Counted from the first letter of the stretch, positions 12,089 through 26,700 are shown. The stretch is DNA of 64,000 nt from Proteromonas lacertae (GCA_002245135.1 NGBS01000583.1:248001-312000); one strand, 5' to 3'. Notes: generated from the sequence alone by a model not told the origin. Translations and numbers: made by a program.

Positions 12089-14173
12089 ATGAGTATGAAT
12101 GAGAGTATATTTGGGTATATTTTAATTCCTAGATTTTGCTCCTTCAACAAAAAGAAATCATTATTCAATGAGAAACAGAAATGCTAAAGAGGTGTCTTTT
12201 GATGACCTAAGGAGATTATTCCATTTGCCAATATCTGAGGTATAATAATTTATACATATTCTAATAGGTATCAGAGCGAGTAGGAATATGTACCACATTA
12301 TTGAAAAAGATGTGTCGTAAGAACTCTTTGAAGAGGTGGCCATTTAGAAAAGTATTTATAATTTTTGTCTCATTGATTTATAATAGATTCGGAGCATAAT
12401 AAAGTCCATTGGTTCATTACAAGAGTCTTACAATTCATCTGTATCAGAAGAAGATAAAGCAGCATTTCAGGGTAGAATAAAGGATATGAAAAACCAACTA
12501 CATGAATATTTTGGCACTTCTGTAAGTGATGAAGAAATGGAGGGAATTATATCTTCATGTCTAAAAGAACAGGATGAAGAGAATAAGAAAACTAACCATC
12601 TTCCATTTCCAACAGAAGTTAATATTCCAGCTCCTCAAACCTCCTCAAACCCTAATGATTTGTTCAACTTTAACCCTGAACAACCAAATCAAGGCCAATC
12701 CAATGAAGCAACAGTAGCAATGCTCAATATACTAAATACAAGTGGAAATTCACTATTATCTCCCTATAATAACAACCCATTATTCTTTAATACTTATAAC
12801 AATAATCCATTATCATCTACTTCAACATCGTCTATATTCTCTACTAATAATGGATTATTAACATTCTCTGGTATATCTCCGAGTATTAAGAATGAATCTC
12901 TATTTAATAATAATAATAATAATATGAATAATAATAATGCCTTACCAAATGATATTATTTCAAATAATAATAATAATAATAATCAAATATTATCAGCTCC
13001 AAATAGTACTATCAACAGTGGTAGTAGTAGTAGTATGAATAATATTATATTAGATACAACAACTACAACTACAACTACAATAGGAGGAAACAGTGGTATA
13101 ACTAATGTAAATATAACATCATCTTCACCTCCACCTCCATTGTTGAATTCAACTAATAATCCTCCATCATTATCTAAATCAGATATATTTACATTATCTA
13201 CTTCAACACCATTACCATCATTAACTAGTCTAGATAATACACTCACTAATACAGAAACTTCCAATATAAGTAATGGCAGTACAAATTCAATACCTCCACA
13301 ATTAGTTGGTTTAGATGTTAATACTGGCACTCCATCGTTTAATAGCATTCCTGAACCACCTACATTTGCATCATTAAGTTTAACATCTCCTGCATTTAAT
13401 ATGCTTAGTCCACAATCACCATTTGAAAATTATAATTCAAATAATAATGGAAATCCAAGAAAAAGAGCAAAAATTGAATTTCCAACACCTATAAGTAATA
13501 AAAGTAATATTTATAATAATAATAATAATACTATGAATTCAATGTTAATGTCACCAAGTATATTGACACCTACTGGAGTTGAACCATATTCGATTTATAC
13601 TGAAGATAGTAATAATCGGGTGCATGCTGTTCCTTATGAGAATAAAGTTACTTATACTATATTGACGATGCTAGACTGTAGTGATATACACAACTTTGGC
13701 TTGACTTGTAAGGATAATTATAAATTTGTGCAACAAGATTCAATATGGGAATATATGGTTAAATCCAGGTATAAAAGATCTTCTAAATGGCATTTCAATG
13801 GTAATTGGGAGAAACTATACCATCAAATCACTGGTAGATGCCAAAATCCATACCCTATACCAAAATGCTTGTATGGTTGTACATTTGTGTTTAACAATTG
13901 CTCATCTACGGAATATGAAACAATGATCATCAAACTAGGAGGTACAATCTCCAAATCTGGTACAATGTTGATGGATAACAATATAACCCAGAAATTTGTG
14001 CTTGTTTCAGATAAATCGTTCCAACCATATGCGAATATGTATATAAATCTCATTTTTTAACACTATCTTTTTATAGAATGCCAACTGAATCTCCAGGTAC
14101 ACCAATTTATTTAACACTTCCGCAATTTAAGGCATTAGTAAACTCTCGTTACTCGAAATTCCTACAAATCTGA
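12089..14173 (+). CDS. RWP-RK DNA-binding protein with Asn/Ser/Thr-rich linker, F-box-like and BRCT-like C-terminal regions
   Basis: Introns 12105-12132, 12240-12267, 12352-12386 and 14039-14076 keep frame; spliced N-terminus reads VSFDDLRRLFHLPISEVSERVGICTTLLKKMCRKNSLKRWPFRKIRSI; NLS-like PRKRAK. Confidence 0.85.
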
Positions 14174-14494
14174 GTAAATTATAATATAAGTTTCGTTTCC
14201 ATTTCCATTTAATTATATATTAAAATATTTGTTTTATAATGAATTGAATTGCATTATGAGAAGGTGAATTATCTTGACGATTCGAAAGCGACACAATATT
14301 TCAAGATTTGATCTTAATCTCAAGCTTTTACATTTTTTGACATTTTTACTGTAAATATAACTGAAGGTTTTTCTTTTTGTATTTTTATCAAAACTGACTG
14401 ATATAAGCCATTAGAAACCCTATAAATATTTATAAATAAGTTAACTTACTCCATAATCATTTATTTAACCCTTAATTCTTAGCTCAGATAAGTA

Positions 14495-16187
14495 ATGCCT
14501 CGAAATCATGGAACAAAATCATCCAATGGTTCAGACAGTACGATTAAGGTGACATATAAAGATCAAATGAGACCTATTACTTTAAAAGAGTATATATTTT
14601 CTTCTGTTATATTTCAATAGTTTTGACAATTGTAGTTATGATGATTTTATTCACAGAGTAAAAATGACCTTTAATTTATACTCATCAGATGAAACAATGT
14701 TGTTTACACAGGTAAAGAAGAAAAAAGTATATTAATCCTTTTTATTTTTTATTCAACAATAGACAAAAGTATTGACTAAAGTACAGAGTGGTTCATACAA
14801 ATTGCATCTCGCTCCAAATGTTAGTTGTGCAGCTTATTTAATAGCAGATAATAAAAAAGGAAAAGTATTATGTTCAAAAGGATTAGAAACAGTTCTTCAA
14901 CCAGCTTCTTTAACAAAGATCTTAGTATTATACTGTGTATTAAATCACTTCAAAAACAACGAAACACAAATGAGAAATACATATGTAATGGTTTCAAAGA
15001 ATGCTGCTGATACTAAACAAGGAACTCATGCTTCATTATTAACAAATGATGTTTTAAGTGTTTATGATTTATTATATTGTTTAATGTTGCCTTCTGGTAA
15101 TGATGCTGCTGTAGCTTTAGCTGAATTTATTGGATGTAGGTTAATTAATAATAAGAAATCTGATAGGAAATCAATAATGGTGTTTAATGTTCCACAACAA
15201 TTAATACCTCAACAACCACAACCACTAATAAGAGAATCCAATCGAAATTCATTATTATTCCAAGCTACAAGATCAAGTAACAATAGTTATAGAAGTAATG
15301 GTGATAATAGTAATAACAGTAGCAGAAGAAATTCATTTCTATTACCATCTTTACCAACATCACCAACTCATACTGCGCGAGTTGCATTTACTATTGAAAC
15401 TGAACCTATTTCACCAAGAACTTCATGTACGCCATTAACTCCTTTAACAAGTGATAGTTCAGGTTCTTCTTCAAGTCTTCCTACACTTGTTGATTGTATG
15501 AATGTAACTAGTAGTAATATAGAAGGATATAGTAAATTCATTAAATTGATGAATAAAACTTGTCATAAGTTGAATTTATTTCATACTCATTTTATGAATT
15601 GTCATGGAATGAAACATGAAGGTAACTATACATGTACTAGAGATCTTTTAAAACTAACCCATGAGTGTAATAAGAATGAGTTATTTAGAAAAGTAACTAG
15701 TACAGTAAAATATGAATGTAATATAAGAAATGGTAATAATATAAGGCCAATGGTTTATCAAAATACTCATTTATTATTAGGTAATAACGGATATATTTGT
15801 GGTAAGACTGGCTGGATTCCTAATTGTCATGGTCAAGCTGTTCATGGTAATTTATGGAGTGAAGTAAATAGATATAATCGACCATTAACTGTGATAGTTT
15901 TAGGTTCAAAAAGTTTGGAAAAAAGGTTTGAAGATACTGAGACTTTGACCAATTGGATTTACTCATGTTTGGAGAATAAAACAGAAGTTGTTGATACTAC
16001 GTTAAACTCTATAGATGCCAAAGAAAGAATATCTGAAACAATATTGGAAATGCCTGGTACAGGTAATACTAGCAACACCAGTATATGTGATATGCCGCTT
16101 ATTAATAGCACACCATCCACACCTTATAGTATAGATGACAATGATTTTACACCAACCCCTTCATCAGAAACTGATTTGTGTATTTAA
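14495..16187 (+). CDS. Serine D-Ala-D-Ala carboxypeptidase (peptidase S11, DacA/PBP5-like) with N-terminal PB1-like region
   Basis: SxxK (PASLTKI), SxN (LPSGNDAA), NCHG and KTG motifs; introns 14590-14620 and 14727-14762 add the N-terminus STIKVTYKDQMRPITL..SYDDFIHRVKMTF. Confidence 0.85.
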
Positions 16188-16464
16188 TTAATATATTTAT
16201 ATTATGCATATTATTGTAAATATTATTTAACTTGTGTGTTTTGGGGTGTTTGGATTTTGATATGAGAATAATCTTTCAATTCAATACATCATATCTCATA
16301 TCTATTCATTGTTTGACTAGCGTTTGCATGATATGCTGTGTACAACACTCAGCGAGATACAATTCACATCTAACTGACATTCAAAAATATTTAAATTTTT
16401 TATCTTTTATCGGCGTGAAGCTAATTTATTAAGTAGTGTTGTCTTTTATTTGTAAGTCTACATA

Positions 16465-18351
16465 ATGAGCACATCTGTACAAGTCGCAGTGAGAGGTATG
16501 ACATATCATCATTCATTTTTGTTAATGTAGTTCGACCGATGTTAGAAAAAGAGAAAATAGATAATTCGGTGTGTATTATTCCGTATGAGCATAGTAATGA
16601 TGTATTAAATACTTCTTCTATAGTATCTTAGTTAACAATAGGAGATAAGCACAGATTCACTTTTGACTATGTATTTGGTCCATTAACAACCCAACAACAA
16701 TTTTATGACAAGTGTGTAAAGTCACTTATAGAATCTTGCTTCAGTGGTTATAATGTGACAAGTATAAATCATCTTTAGTTATATATCTCTAATAGTATTT
16801 GCATATGGACAGACTAATTCAGGTAAAACATACACAATGGGAACAGATTCTTCAACTTTTGTGAATGAGAGTATGAATGGAATATTACCAAGAGCTTTTA
16901 CACAATTATATGAAATAATAAACAGAACATCCAATTCAAAGAATGAATATTCAATAAGAGCAACATTCATTGAAATATATGGTGAAGAGTTGAGAGATCT
17001 ATTGGATCCAGATTCTAACAATAATAAAGACATATTAATCCGTGAAACAGAGACTGGAGAGCTAATAATAGCAGGTTGTAAAGAAGAAGAAATCAATTGT
17101 CAAGCTGATTTACTCTCCTGCTTATCAAGAGGTTCAATTAATAGAATAACAGCTTCAACCTGTATGAATTCAAATAGTAGTAGATCTCATGCATTATTCA
17201 GTGTATATATTGAAAGATATATAAAAGAAGAAAATGCAACAACATCATCAGTATCAACTCCAACTAATAGTGATAATCCAACAACAACAAGTGAAACAAG
17301 AACATCCAAATTGAACTTTGTAGATTTAGCAGGTAGTGAAAGAGTAGGAAGAACTTTAGCAACTGGTGATAGATTTCGTGAAGGTGTTAATATTAATAAA
17401 GGATTATTATGTTTAGGTAATGTCATTAGTATATTAGCAGATCCAACCAAGAAGAAAGGGAATCATGTACCGTATAGAGATAGTAAATTGACAAGAATAT
17501 TACAAGATTCATTAGGTGGAAATGCAAAGACGCTAATGATTACATGTGTAAGTCCATCAGATGATTGTTTTAATGAATCATTAAATGCATTGAGATATGC
17601 AAACAGAGCTAGAAATATACAGAATAAACCAATGATAAATAGAGATGAAACATCTTCAAAGATTGCTGAATTACAAAGGGAAATATTCTTATTGAAATCA
17701 CAGAGGGTTGTTTCTCATACATCATCATCAGATGTGAGGGATTTAAAGTCAAAATTAGAAACTTCTGAAATGGAGATTCAGAGATTGAATAAGATAATTA
17801 AAGAGAATAAAAATACAATTAAAGAACTAAGTAATGAGAATATATCATTGAAAGCTCGATATGATTTTTATATGAATAAATATAACATTAAAGAAGATGG
17901 CGATGATAGTAGTAAAGATAACGATAAGATAGTCGTAATTTCTGAATATATCAAAGAGATTGAAAGATTAAAAAAAGAGTTAGATGAACAAGAAAAGAAG
18001 AATATTCTATTATTAGAAGATTTACAGAATTCCACTAACTTATATGTTGAAGAGAAAGTTCATTCAATGGGTGAAAAGGCAAGACATTGTAGAATAGAAT
18101 CAGATGCATTATTGAAATTGAATATGACATTATCAGCACAAGATTTAGAAGAAGTTAAAGAGAAAGAAAAAGATGATAGTTTAGAATTACCATCTCCTAT
18201 CAAAATTCCTGATAATAAACCATTGTTAGTATTTGGTTCAACACCTGTTGGTGCAAATTCAAAGATAAGAAAACCAACTGATTTGTCAAAATCTGTGGAT
18301 TGCAGAAGATTATCTGAAGATAATCCATTTAGGAATAATAATAATAATAAT

Positions 18352-18424
<73 letters not shown>

Positions 18425-20518
18425 TTAATGTGAATATATCAGGTAGATCAAATAGATCCAATTCTTCAAGCTTAAGTCAATCTGAAAGGCAATTACCTAC
18501 CCAAATAAAGACAGTTGATGAAATAGAAGGTGAAATACAGCATGCAATAGAAGAAAATGAAAAGATTATTTCTACAAGAGTATGTATTAATATTATTTTA
18601 TATTGTGATTATATAGATTGAATTAACAGATGGAACAATAAAGATGAAAGAAGAAACATTATCCCATTTAATGGATAAATTAAAAGAATACAAAGACATA
18701 ACTGAACATTACAAAATGCAGTTAAATGGATTAGAAAAGGATATGTCACAATTGGAAGAAGAAAAGAAGAAGTTACAAGGACAATTAGATACAACAGAAT
18801 CAGATAAAGTAGAGACTGAGAAATTAAGAACAGATTTAACTAAACAATTAAAACAGAAAGATGATCAATTGAAGAAATTAAAAGCCAAAAAAACACAATA
18901 TAATACATATGTTACAATCAATTCAGCTACTGAGAATAAGATAACTAGATTGCAGATAGAGATTCAAGATTTAAAGGCAAAGAAAGTGCAATATGCAAAA
19001 TCAATAGATGATATGAGGAAAAGATATTCTAAAGAAATGGAAGAGAAGAAGAAGGAAACAAAGAAATATCAAAAAGAATCAGAAAGATTAACCGCCATTA
19101 TTAAGAAACTAAAACAGAATGATAAAGAGAAAGAAGCTTTATTACACAAGAAAATAGAAGATATAAAGAAGAAAGATGAACAAATGAAGAAATTAGAAGA
19201 AAAAATAAAGATTCTAACAACTCAACCAAAACCAAAAGCAGGAGAAGAAGAACAATATTCATACGAATGGGTTGTTGATCAAATTGATAGTGGTGCTGAA
19301 ATTATACAGAAGATTTATGCTATTGATAAGGAGATACAAAGGAAAAGTGATTTATTGCAGAGATATAAGAGATTGTGTAGTAGAAGAGCCAAATATAATA
19401 CTAATCCAGTCGAAGCATTGAATTCAGAAGATGGAAATTTTAATTCAATGGAAGATTTAGATGAAGAAATTGATTCAATTGAAGCTGAATTAAAGTATAT
19501 TATTATTTAATTATATATATATATATATATATTTAATAGTTATAAAGAATCAAAGATAGTAGAAATTGAAAATTCAGTTATTTCAGATGATAATGATTTT
19601 ACTCATGTAATAGACAATATCAAAACAAATGAATGTTTTCACAACTTATCACTCAATTTATATCAATATGCAATAGAACTAAAAGACAGAACAAAATCAT
19701 TAGCTGATTTAGTAGCTCAAAAGGACTCAATAAACCAAGATACTTACATGCAATTAGAATCACTTCGTAATCAGTATGCAATGATGAGAGATGATTATGA
19801 AAAGAAGATTGCCACTTTACAAAGAGATTATGAATGTGATTTAATTGACTGGGGACCTTTGACTGGAATTGTAAGTAAGAATAGTGAATCAAATAACAAT
19901 AGTAATAACAACAGTCCAAGTAAACCACCATTAATACCAAATAATAATAATAATAATTCACCTAGCAATCCAAAAATGACACATTACAGTCTACTACAAG
20001 AGAAAATAAGAGCATTACAATCATTAAATCAGAAATTCGCTAAAGAAAAAGAAAATACAGTCAATGAAAATGTTATACTAAAAGATGATATAAATAGAAA
20101 GAATAATCTAATAGAAAAGTTGTTTAAAGAGTTAAAAGTCTTATCTCCTAAAAAAGCAATGGAATTAAAACAAAGTCCTGGTTCTCCATACACTTATTTC
20201 TCTAGTACACCAAAACATTCAAGAGGATCTTCAATGCCTAAAAGTGAAAGTAGTAATAATGTAAGCCCTACTAATTTATCTAATTCAGGGAGGTTGAGAA
20301 GAACTTCAAGTGCTAGTATGTCAGATTTAGAAGTGAAACAGATTAAGAATAAAGTGAAAAGAAATCAAATTTGTACACCACCTCCTGCTAAACCTGAAAT
20401 CACAAATAATGTGTTTGAAAGGCTTAATGTGAATATAACTGAGTCTTATAGGCAGAGATCTTTAGATAATGTAGATAGATTGAATATAAATAAGAATCCA
20501 ACTCCAGTTTTTAAGTAA
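16465..20518 (+). CDS. Kinesin, kinesin-4 (KIF4/KIF21/KIF27)-like; N-terminal motor and long coiled coil
   Basis: SVQVAVRVRP, FTFDYVF, YGQTNSGKTYT, NSNSSRSHA, FVDLAGSER, HVPYRDSKLTRILQDSLGGN; about 5 small introns. Confidence 0.9.
18334..18423 (+). repeat. (AAT)n microsatellite encoding poly-Asn in the kinesin stalk
   Basis: Direct reading: (AAT)6 ATT (AAT)23. Confidence 0.95.
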
Positions 20519-20729
20519 TTATCTAATTTTTTTCAAATCATAAGCAATAGATTGATGATTTAAGTAAAATTAGTTGTATATATTGTTTTTATCTTCAAAA
20601 CACAAATTCATCTTTCAAAAATGCAAAAATAAACTTGACTCGACTCGTAATCTGGCTTGAGATCATTTTATTTTTCTTATTATATTTTACTTTACCAGTA
20701 AAGGATTATTTTTTTGGATAGTCTGAACA

Positions 20730-23700
20730 ATGAACGAAGATGATAAAGGTGTTGAAGAACTTACCATAATCGATAAACTAGATAAAGAGGCTTCACATTT
20801 ACGGTTGCCAGGTATTCTTTTTAATTATATTTTCTTAGAGATTGATGATGGTATAGTACTCTCGAAGATTGAAAAATATTTGAAAGTTGTTGTTGATAGT
20901 GAGTTATCAAACAAAGAAATCGAAAAACTAATAGAGTGCATTAAAAAATATATCTTTTATCACTTTTAAACTAATTGGCATACTTAATTTTGTACTGATT
21001 AACTTCTTCAGTTCAGATGTCGTTCATGGTGATTCTGTTCTAATGTACATCATTATATCAATATATATTCTTTTAGAATTATTCAATCAATAATAAAATA
21101 TTCAATTAGGATCCTCATAAAGTTAATCAGATTTGATAATTACTATATCTATGCCATCAATTATTTAAGATACTTCTTATGATATCTTTTTAATAAATGC
21201 ATCTATAATTACTACTATATTTTCCTTAACTTAGTTTTTTTTACGCCAAGAATAAATCTGTACAATCACAACTTGAACAATGACAATTATATTTCTGATT
21301 ATTATATACCAAGTGAAAATGATCCAATCTATCCAATAGGAACAATAGTCAGATTATACGATGAAAGAAGAAGAGAGAATATTTGTGGTGAAGTTTGTTG
21401 GTTATCTGATGATAAACAGAAATATCGTATTAAATTACATGATGGAGATGTATATCCAAAGGAATTCTCAGTTTATGAAAGATATGATGCCAAAGTCTAT
21501 AAACCAAAGAACTTAGTATATTTTATTTTATTTTATTTAATATATATAGTCACCTTGGAGAAGGAATTTGAAATTATGTGATTTAGTAGATGTTTATACA
21601 TCAGTTGATCGTTCATCTGATTGGTTTTTGGGTCAAATAATCTCCATAAATGATGAAACCAATGAATTAACAATAAGAGTAGGTGATTTAGATGATACAA
21701 CAACAGTATTTCCAATCCAAACAAGATCATTTGCACCAGCTTATAGTCAATCAAAAGGAAGACTAAATCGAATAAGTCAACCTAATTATCATCCATTAAT
21801 ATTACCGCCAATTGATCAAGTTAAAGAATCTAAAGGTCATATAGTGGAAAGACCCAATGATTTCTATTCCAAGTTATATTATTTTGCTGTAAGTACATTT
21901 TTAGAATGTAATGGTATTTTAGAAATAATCAATATGTTAAAGAACAATCCAAGTTTTACTAATTTATTATTAGTTCAATCAACATTGACTCTATTCTGTA
22001 GAGTATTAAGTAATGATTATGTCAATAATAACTGGCAAGAATTATTAAAAATATTGAAGGAAGAGTTTATGAAGATTCCATTAGATCAATTGAGAAATGT
22101 GAGTAGTCATCAATTATCTGATTTCTTAAAATCTATTTCATTCTTACATCATAGAATGATCTATAATGTTCCTGAATATAGAAAACAAAGACAAGCAGTA
22201 ATTGAAGAATTATATCAATTCTATTTACCACGTTTTATGTCAAGTCCATCCTTAGAAACAAGATTGAATGCCTTTCAAATGATTTTTTATGCAATTAACT
22301 TAGCAGAGAATATTCAAAGATGTGAGAATGATATTATTCATGATCAAATGATGAGATGTATGATGTTTGTTGATAGAGGTGTTAATGTAACTCCACAGAA
22401 ACTATCAAAATGGATAAAAGATAATAAAATATTAGAAAATATATTTATTGGAGAATTATGCCATAAAGAATTGATTAAGAAATCAACAAGATTATTCTTC
22501 TTTTTATCACAATATAGACTATTTGATGATTATTATTATAAGTTAATATTAAGTGGATTAAACTATGCTGGTGGTGTTAATAAAGATGTTATTTATTATG
22601 TTATAAGTGAATTTGTTACTGAAGATTTCCCCAATAACTATACTCTCAATTTCTACAGTTTAATCAGTAGTTTACCACCCAAAGATTTCAATCAAATATC
22701 ATTACAATTATTATTTCGATTATGTGTTAAATTACCATTCGAATCAATAAGAAATGCGATTGATAAACTATTAGATGTGTTATACAACAATACTGAACTA
22801 CAAAAAGATACACTTAATAAGATTTGGGATGTATTAGATGAATTAATGATAAAATATGAAACAGATGGTTTTACATTATACGTATATCGATGGTTTTTGA
22901 ATTTATTACAACAACATAAAGCCACTTATATCTGCTTTTATTTATATAAAGAGATATTATCAACAAGAGAGTCTCCAAATGAAGATAAAGAAGTATCATT
23001 AATAAATGAGTCAAACATTCCTCCTTTTAAAGAAATATTTAGTTTATTATTAGAAGAATTAAAGATGTGTAATGAATCAATACAAAAGATAACAGAAGAA
23101 GATAAAGTTCCAATAGAATTAATCAGAAATACGAATGTTATATTGGATATAATACAATTATATATTGATATAGGTAATTGTGATGTTAAAATCATTAATT
23201 TGATTGATACTTTGTGGGATTTATTAGTGAAAAACAATCCAAATCCAAGTGGTGTTTGTAGATGGATTGATAATGTCTGTACACAGCATAATTTACATGA
23301 ATATATCATATCTAAGTTCAATGATAAAGATATTCAACGAAATGTAAGTAATTTAATGTTAAGAATGTTAATAAATCACTTCACTATATGTAATATCTGT
23401 GCAGATAACTTACAGGAAATAGAAACGCAGAATAAAAGTAAGAGATATCGATTATTGAGATATCCATTTCAACATGAAGATATATTTGATCAAATATTAT
23501 CAAATTGTGAAGATAATATAAGTATTAAAGAAATTACTAAATTTTATACATTATTATACAAAACATCTCATAATAATCAAGCTGCACAACGAGCTTCGCA
23601 GTTATCATTTATTAATCGATGTTTTAATGCTTTAAACACTAATCCAAACAAGAATTGGGCTGATATGTTGAATGTTATTGTTAATAATCTATCTAGAGAT

Positions 23701-26700
23701 GTATATATATTATTTATATTTAAAATAGATGAATATATTCTTACACAAGTATCGTATTAGAAATAGAATAGTAGAAATCAAGTATGACTATTCACCCAAT
23801 ATGAATAATCATAATAATAATGTTCGTAACAGCAATTCAATAGCAAAATTAACTACTGGAACAATTAAAGTATATGAAATATGCCCACTCTCTGTGGTAA
23901 GACAATACTTTGCTGAAAAATTTGGTAAAAATGAAAATGATATAGTTATATCCTATCAACAAGATATTGTAGAAGATAATTTAGTGATGAATATTTGTAA
24001 CGAGAATAATTTTACAATTCAAATATCCACTCCCTATTCAGGTGATGTAATGGAAATAGATGATGATAATGATAACAGTTATATTTCTAGTAGCATAGTA
24101 ATGACAAAAGAAATGTTTATGAAAATGAAAGATCCAAATTTATTACACGTTATAGCTTATGAAAAGAAGTATTATTCAATATTATTTGATTTACTATCAA
24201 AATGTGATAATGGTAAGAATAACAGCTTATTAAATATGGTATGGAATATTATTAATATAATCCCTACTATTCCTGATTACTATTTCCAGTTTTATTCTAT
24301 TTTATTTGATGAAAAATCAGTTGAAATTGATTGGGATAAGATATATAGTAAATCATATAATATATTGTTATATCAATTACAGATATTAGATTCATTATTA
24401 TTCCCACAGATTGAATATAATAACTTCAGTGCTTGGACTAATAAGTTCTATAAATTAAATGGATTTGTTGGCTTATATAAACTGTTTTTGAATAATAAAG
24501 AATGGTATTCAGATGAAACTGAATATAAGTCTAAACTGTCAACAATATTAATAAATGTATTATTATAATATTATAATATTATATAGTTAATCTATATCAA
24601 TGTATATTGTATTTATGATAATAAGAAACCAGTACAAATAACCACTACTATTCATGATAAAGACTTAGAATTTGTAAATCCAAATAGAAGTGAATCTGAT
24701 TATTTTAAAGATTTATTGAAAGGAAGACAACTCTTAAATGATAATTCAACATACAATAATGGCAATAACAAAGAGAATGGTAATAATAATAATAAACCAG
24801 AAATAGAGAATGTTGGTGTATTTCCTAACAAAGAAACACTCTCTAAGTTAGTACCAAAACAATACTTCTTAGAATTACAAGATAAAATCAGTGCAAATGA
24901 TTTACAGAAGAAAATAATAGAAGTATTAGTAATAATTAAAGACATGAAAAAGATGAATGAATATAACACCTCATGGATTAAAACTCTATTAGATTTATAT
25001 CAATTAATATTCATCACATATCCAAATATATCAGATGATTGGATTGAAATATTACCTCCTAATTTACTATATAATTTGTTCTTATTAGTTGAAAGTCAAG
25101 ATGAATATTATTTACATTTAGTTGATACTATTTCTATTGTATATATTAAACTATTATTTATTTATATATTATTATTATTATTATATAGATGATTCCTTTT
25201 CTAAATGAATCTCATATCATATTATTAATACAAAACTTATTTGAATCGTTTAATTTGGACACTCATTATAATTGTACAAGTTATGGTTTACACTGTTATT
25301 TCGCCTTATTATGTAGATTATTAGCTAAATTAAACCCCACTCACATATCCACTCAATTAAAAGGATTATTCTCGTTGGATATATTGAAACAAATACTATC
25401 AACAGATGAATCAGATAATACAATATTTAATCAAATAAAAGCAGGTTATATCAAAGTATTCAGCACAATAATTGATATGAATAAATCATTATTAGAAGTA
25501 ACAAATGATAAAGGTGAAAGAGAATGTGTTAATTTATGTAAACATTTAATATATAAGTGTTTATTTGGTCCTCTTGGTAAGAAATTATGTGAAGAAGTAC
25601 CGCTATTTAGAGATAGTCAGATTAGAATGTCGTGTTTGATATTACTAGGAGTGTTGTTGAAATATGAAGATAATCAATTGTTCATATTGAATTACTTCTA
25701 TGATTTCATATATGATACACCAGAAGTATATATTATTTATTTATTTTATTGCTATAGTTGAAAAGATCATGTCGTTCGTCATTAAGAAACAAAGATAATT
25801 ATACAGGTTTAGTAAATCCATGTTGTTTGTGTTATATGAATAGTTTAGTACAACAATTCTTCATGATTCATCAATTCAGAGAATCAATATTGAATAGTAA
25901 AAGTAGATATAGAAATAATGATAATAAAAAGATGAAAGGTAAAAATAATGAAGGTAGAAGTAATGTTATTGATGTTGAGAGTAATAACGGTAAAGAAAAA
26001 GGTAATAATAACCAAAATCAGTGTGATATAGAAGATGACATGTTGTACCAATTACAGAGATTGTTTTTATACCTAAAATATACCAATAGATCAGCTTATA
26101 ATCCAGTTCCATTTATTCGTTCATTTAAAGATGAATCTGGTAATCCAACTGATTATACAATACAACAAGATGCATTTGAATTTTTACAAAACTTAACAGA
26201 TAAAATTGAAGAAGAATTAAAAGGTCAAGGAACAGAGAATTTGGTGAAAGAATTATTCAGTGGAAAAATCAATAATCAGAATAGATGTCATGGTAGTTGT
26301 GGTATTAAAACAAATAGCAGTGAAACATCCTATTTCATATCATTAGATGTAGAAGGACATAAGAATCTGAATGAAAGTTTAACTGAATTTGTAAGCTGGA
26401 ACAACAATCTCTGATTATAACTGTGAGACATGTAAAAAGAAAGTTGATATTACCAGAAGAGCATCCTTTCAAGATTTGAGTAATATAGTAATAATCCATT
26501 TGAAGAGATTTAAATGGAATTATGATACATTTGAAAGAGAAAAGATTAATGATCGATTTGAGTTTCCATTATCATTAGATTTATATCCCTTTTCATCAGA
26601 AGCATTAGGAGATGTTTTACCTACTGATAAAAGAGATCGATCTTATTATTTATATAAACTAAAAGGAATTGTTGTTCATAGTGGAAATGCTGATTCTGGT

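Noticed and set aside
14495..16187. Bacterial contamination explaining the PBP-like gene
   Set aside because: It has two frame-preserving spliceosomal introns, host-like composition and eukaryotic neighbours.
18060..18461. Antisense ORFs such as poly-Leu 18060..18461, 12983..13348, 33008..33361 and 62862..63215
   Set aside because: These are shadows of low-complexity codon runs in real genes on the opposite strand.
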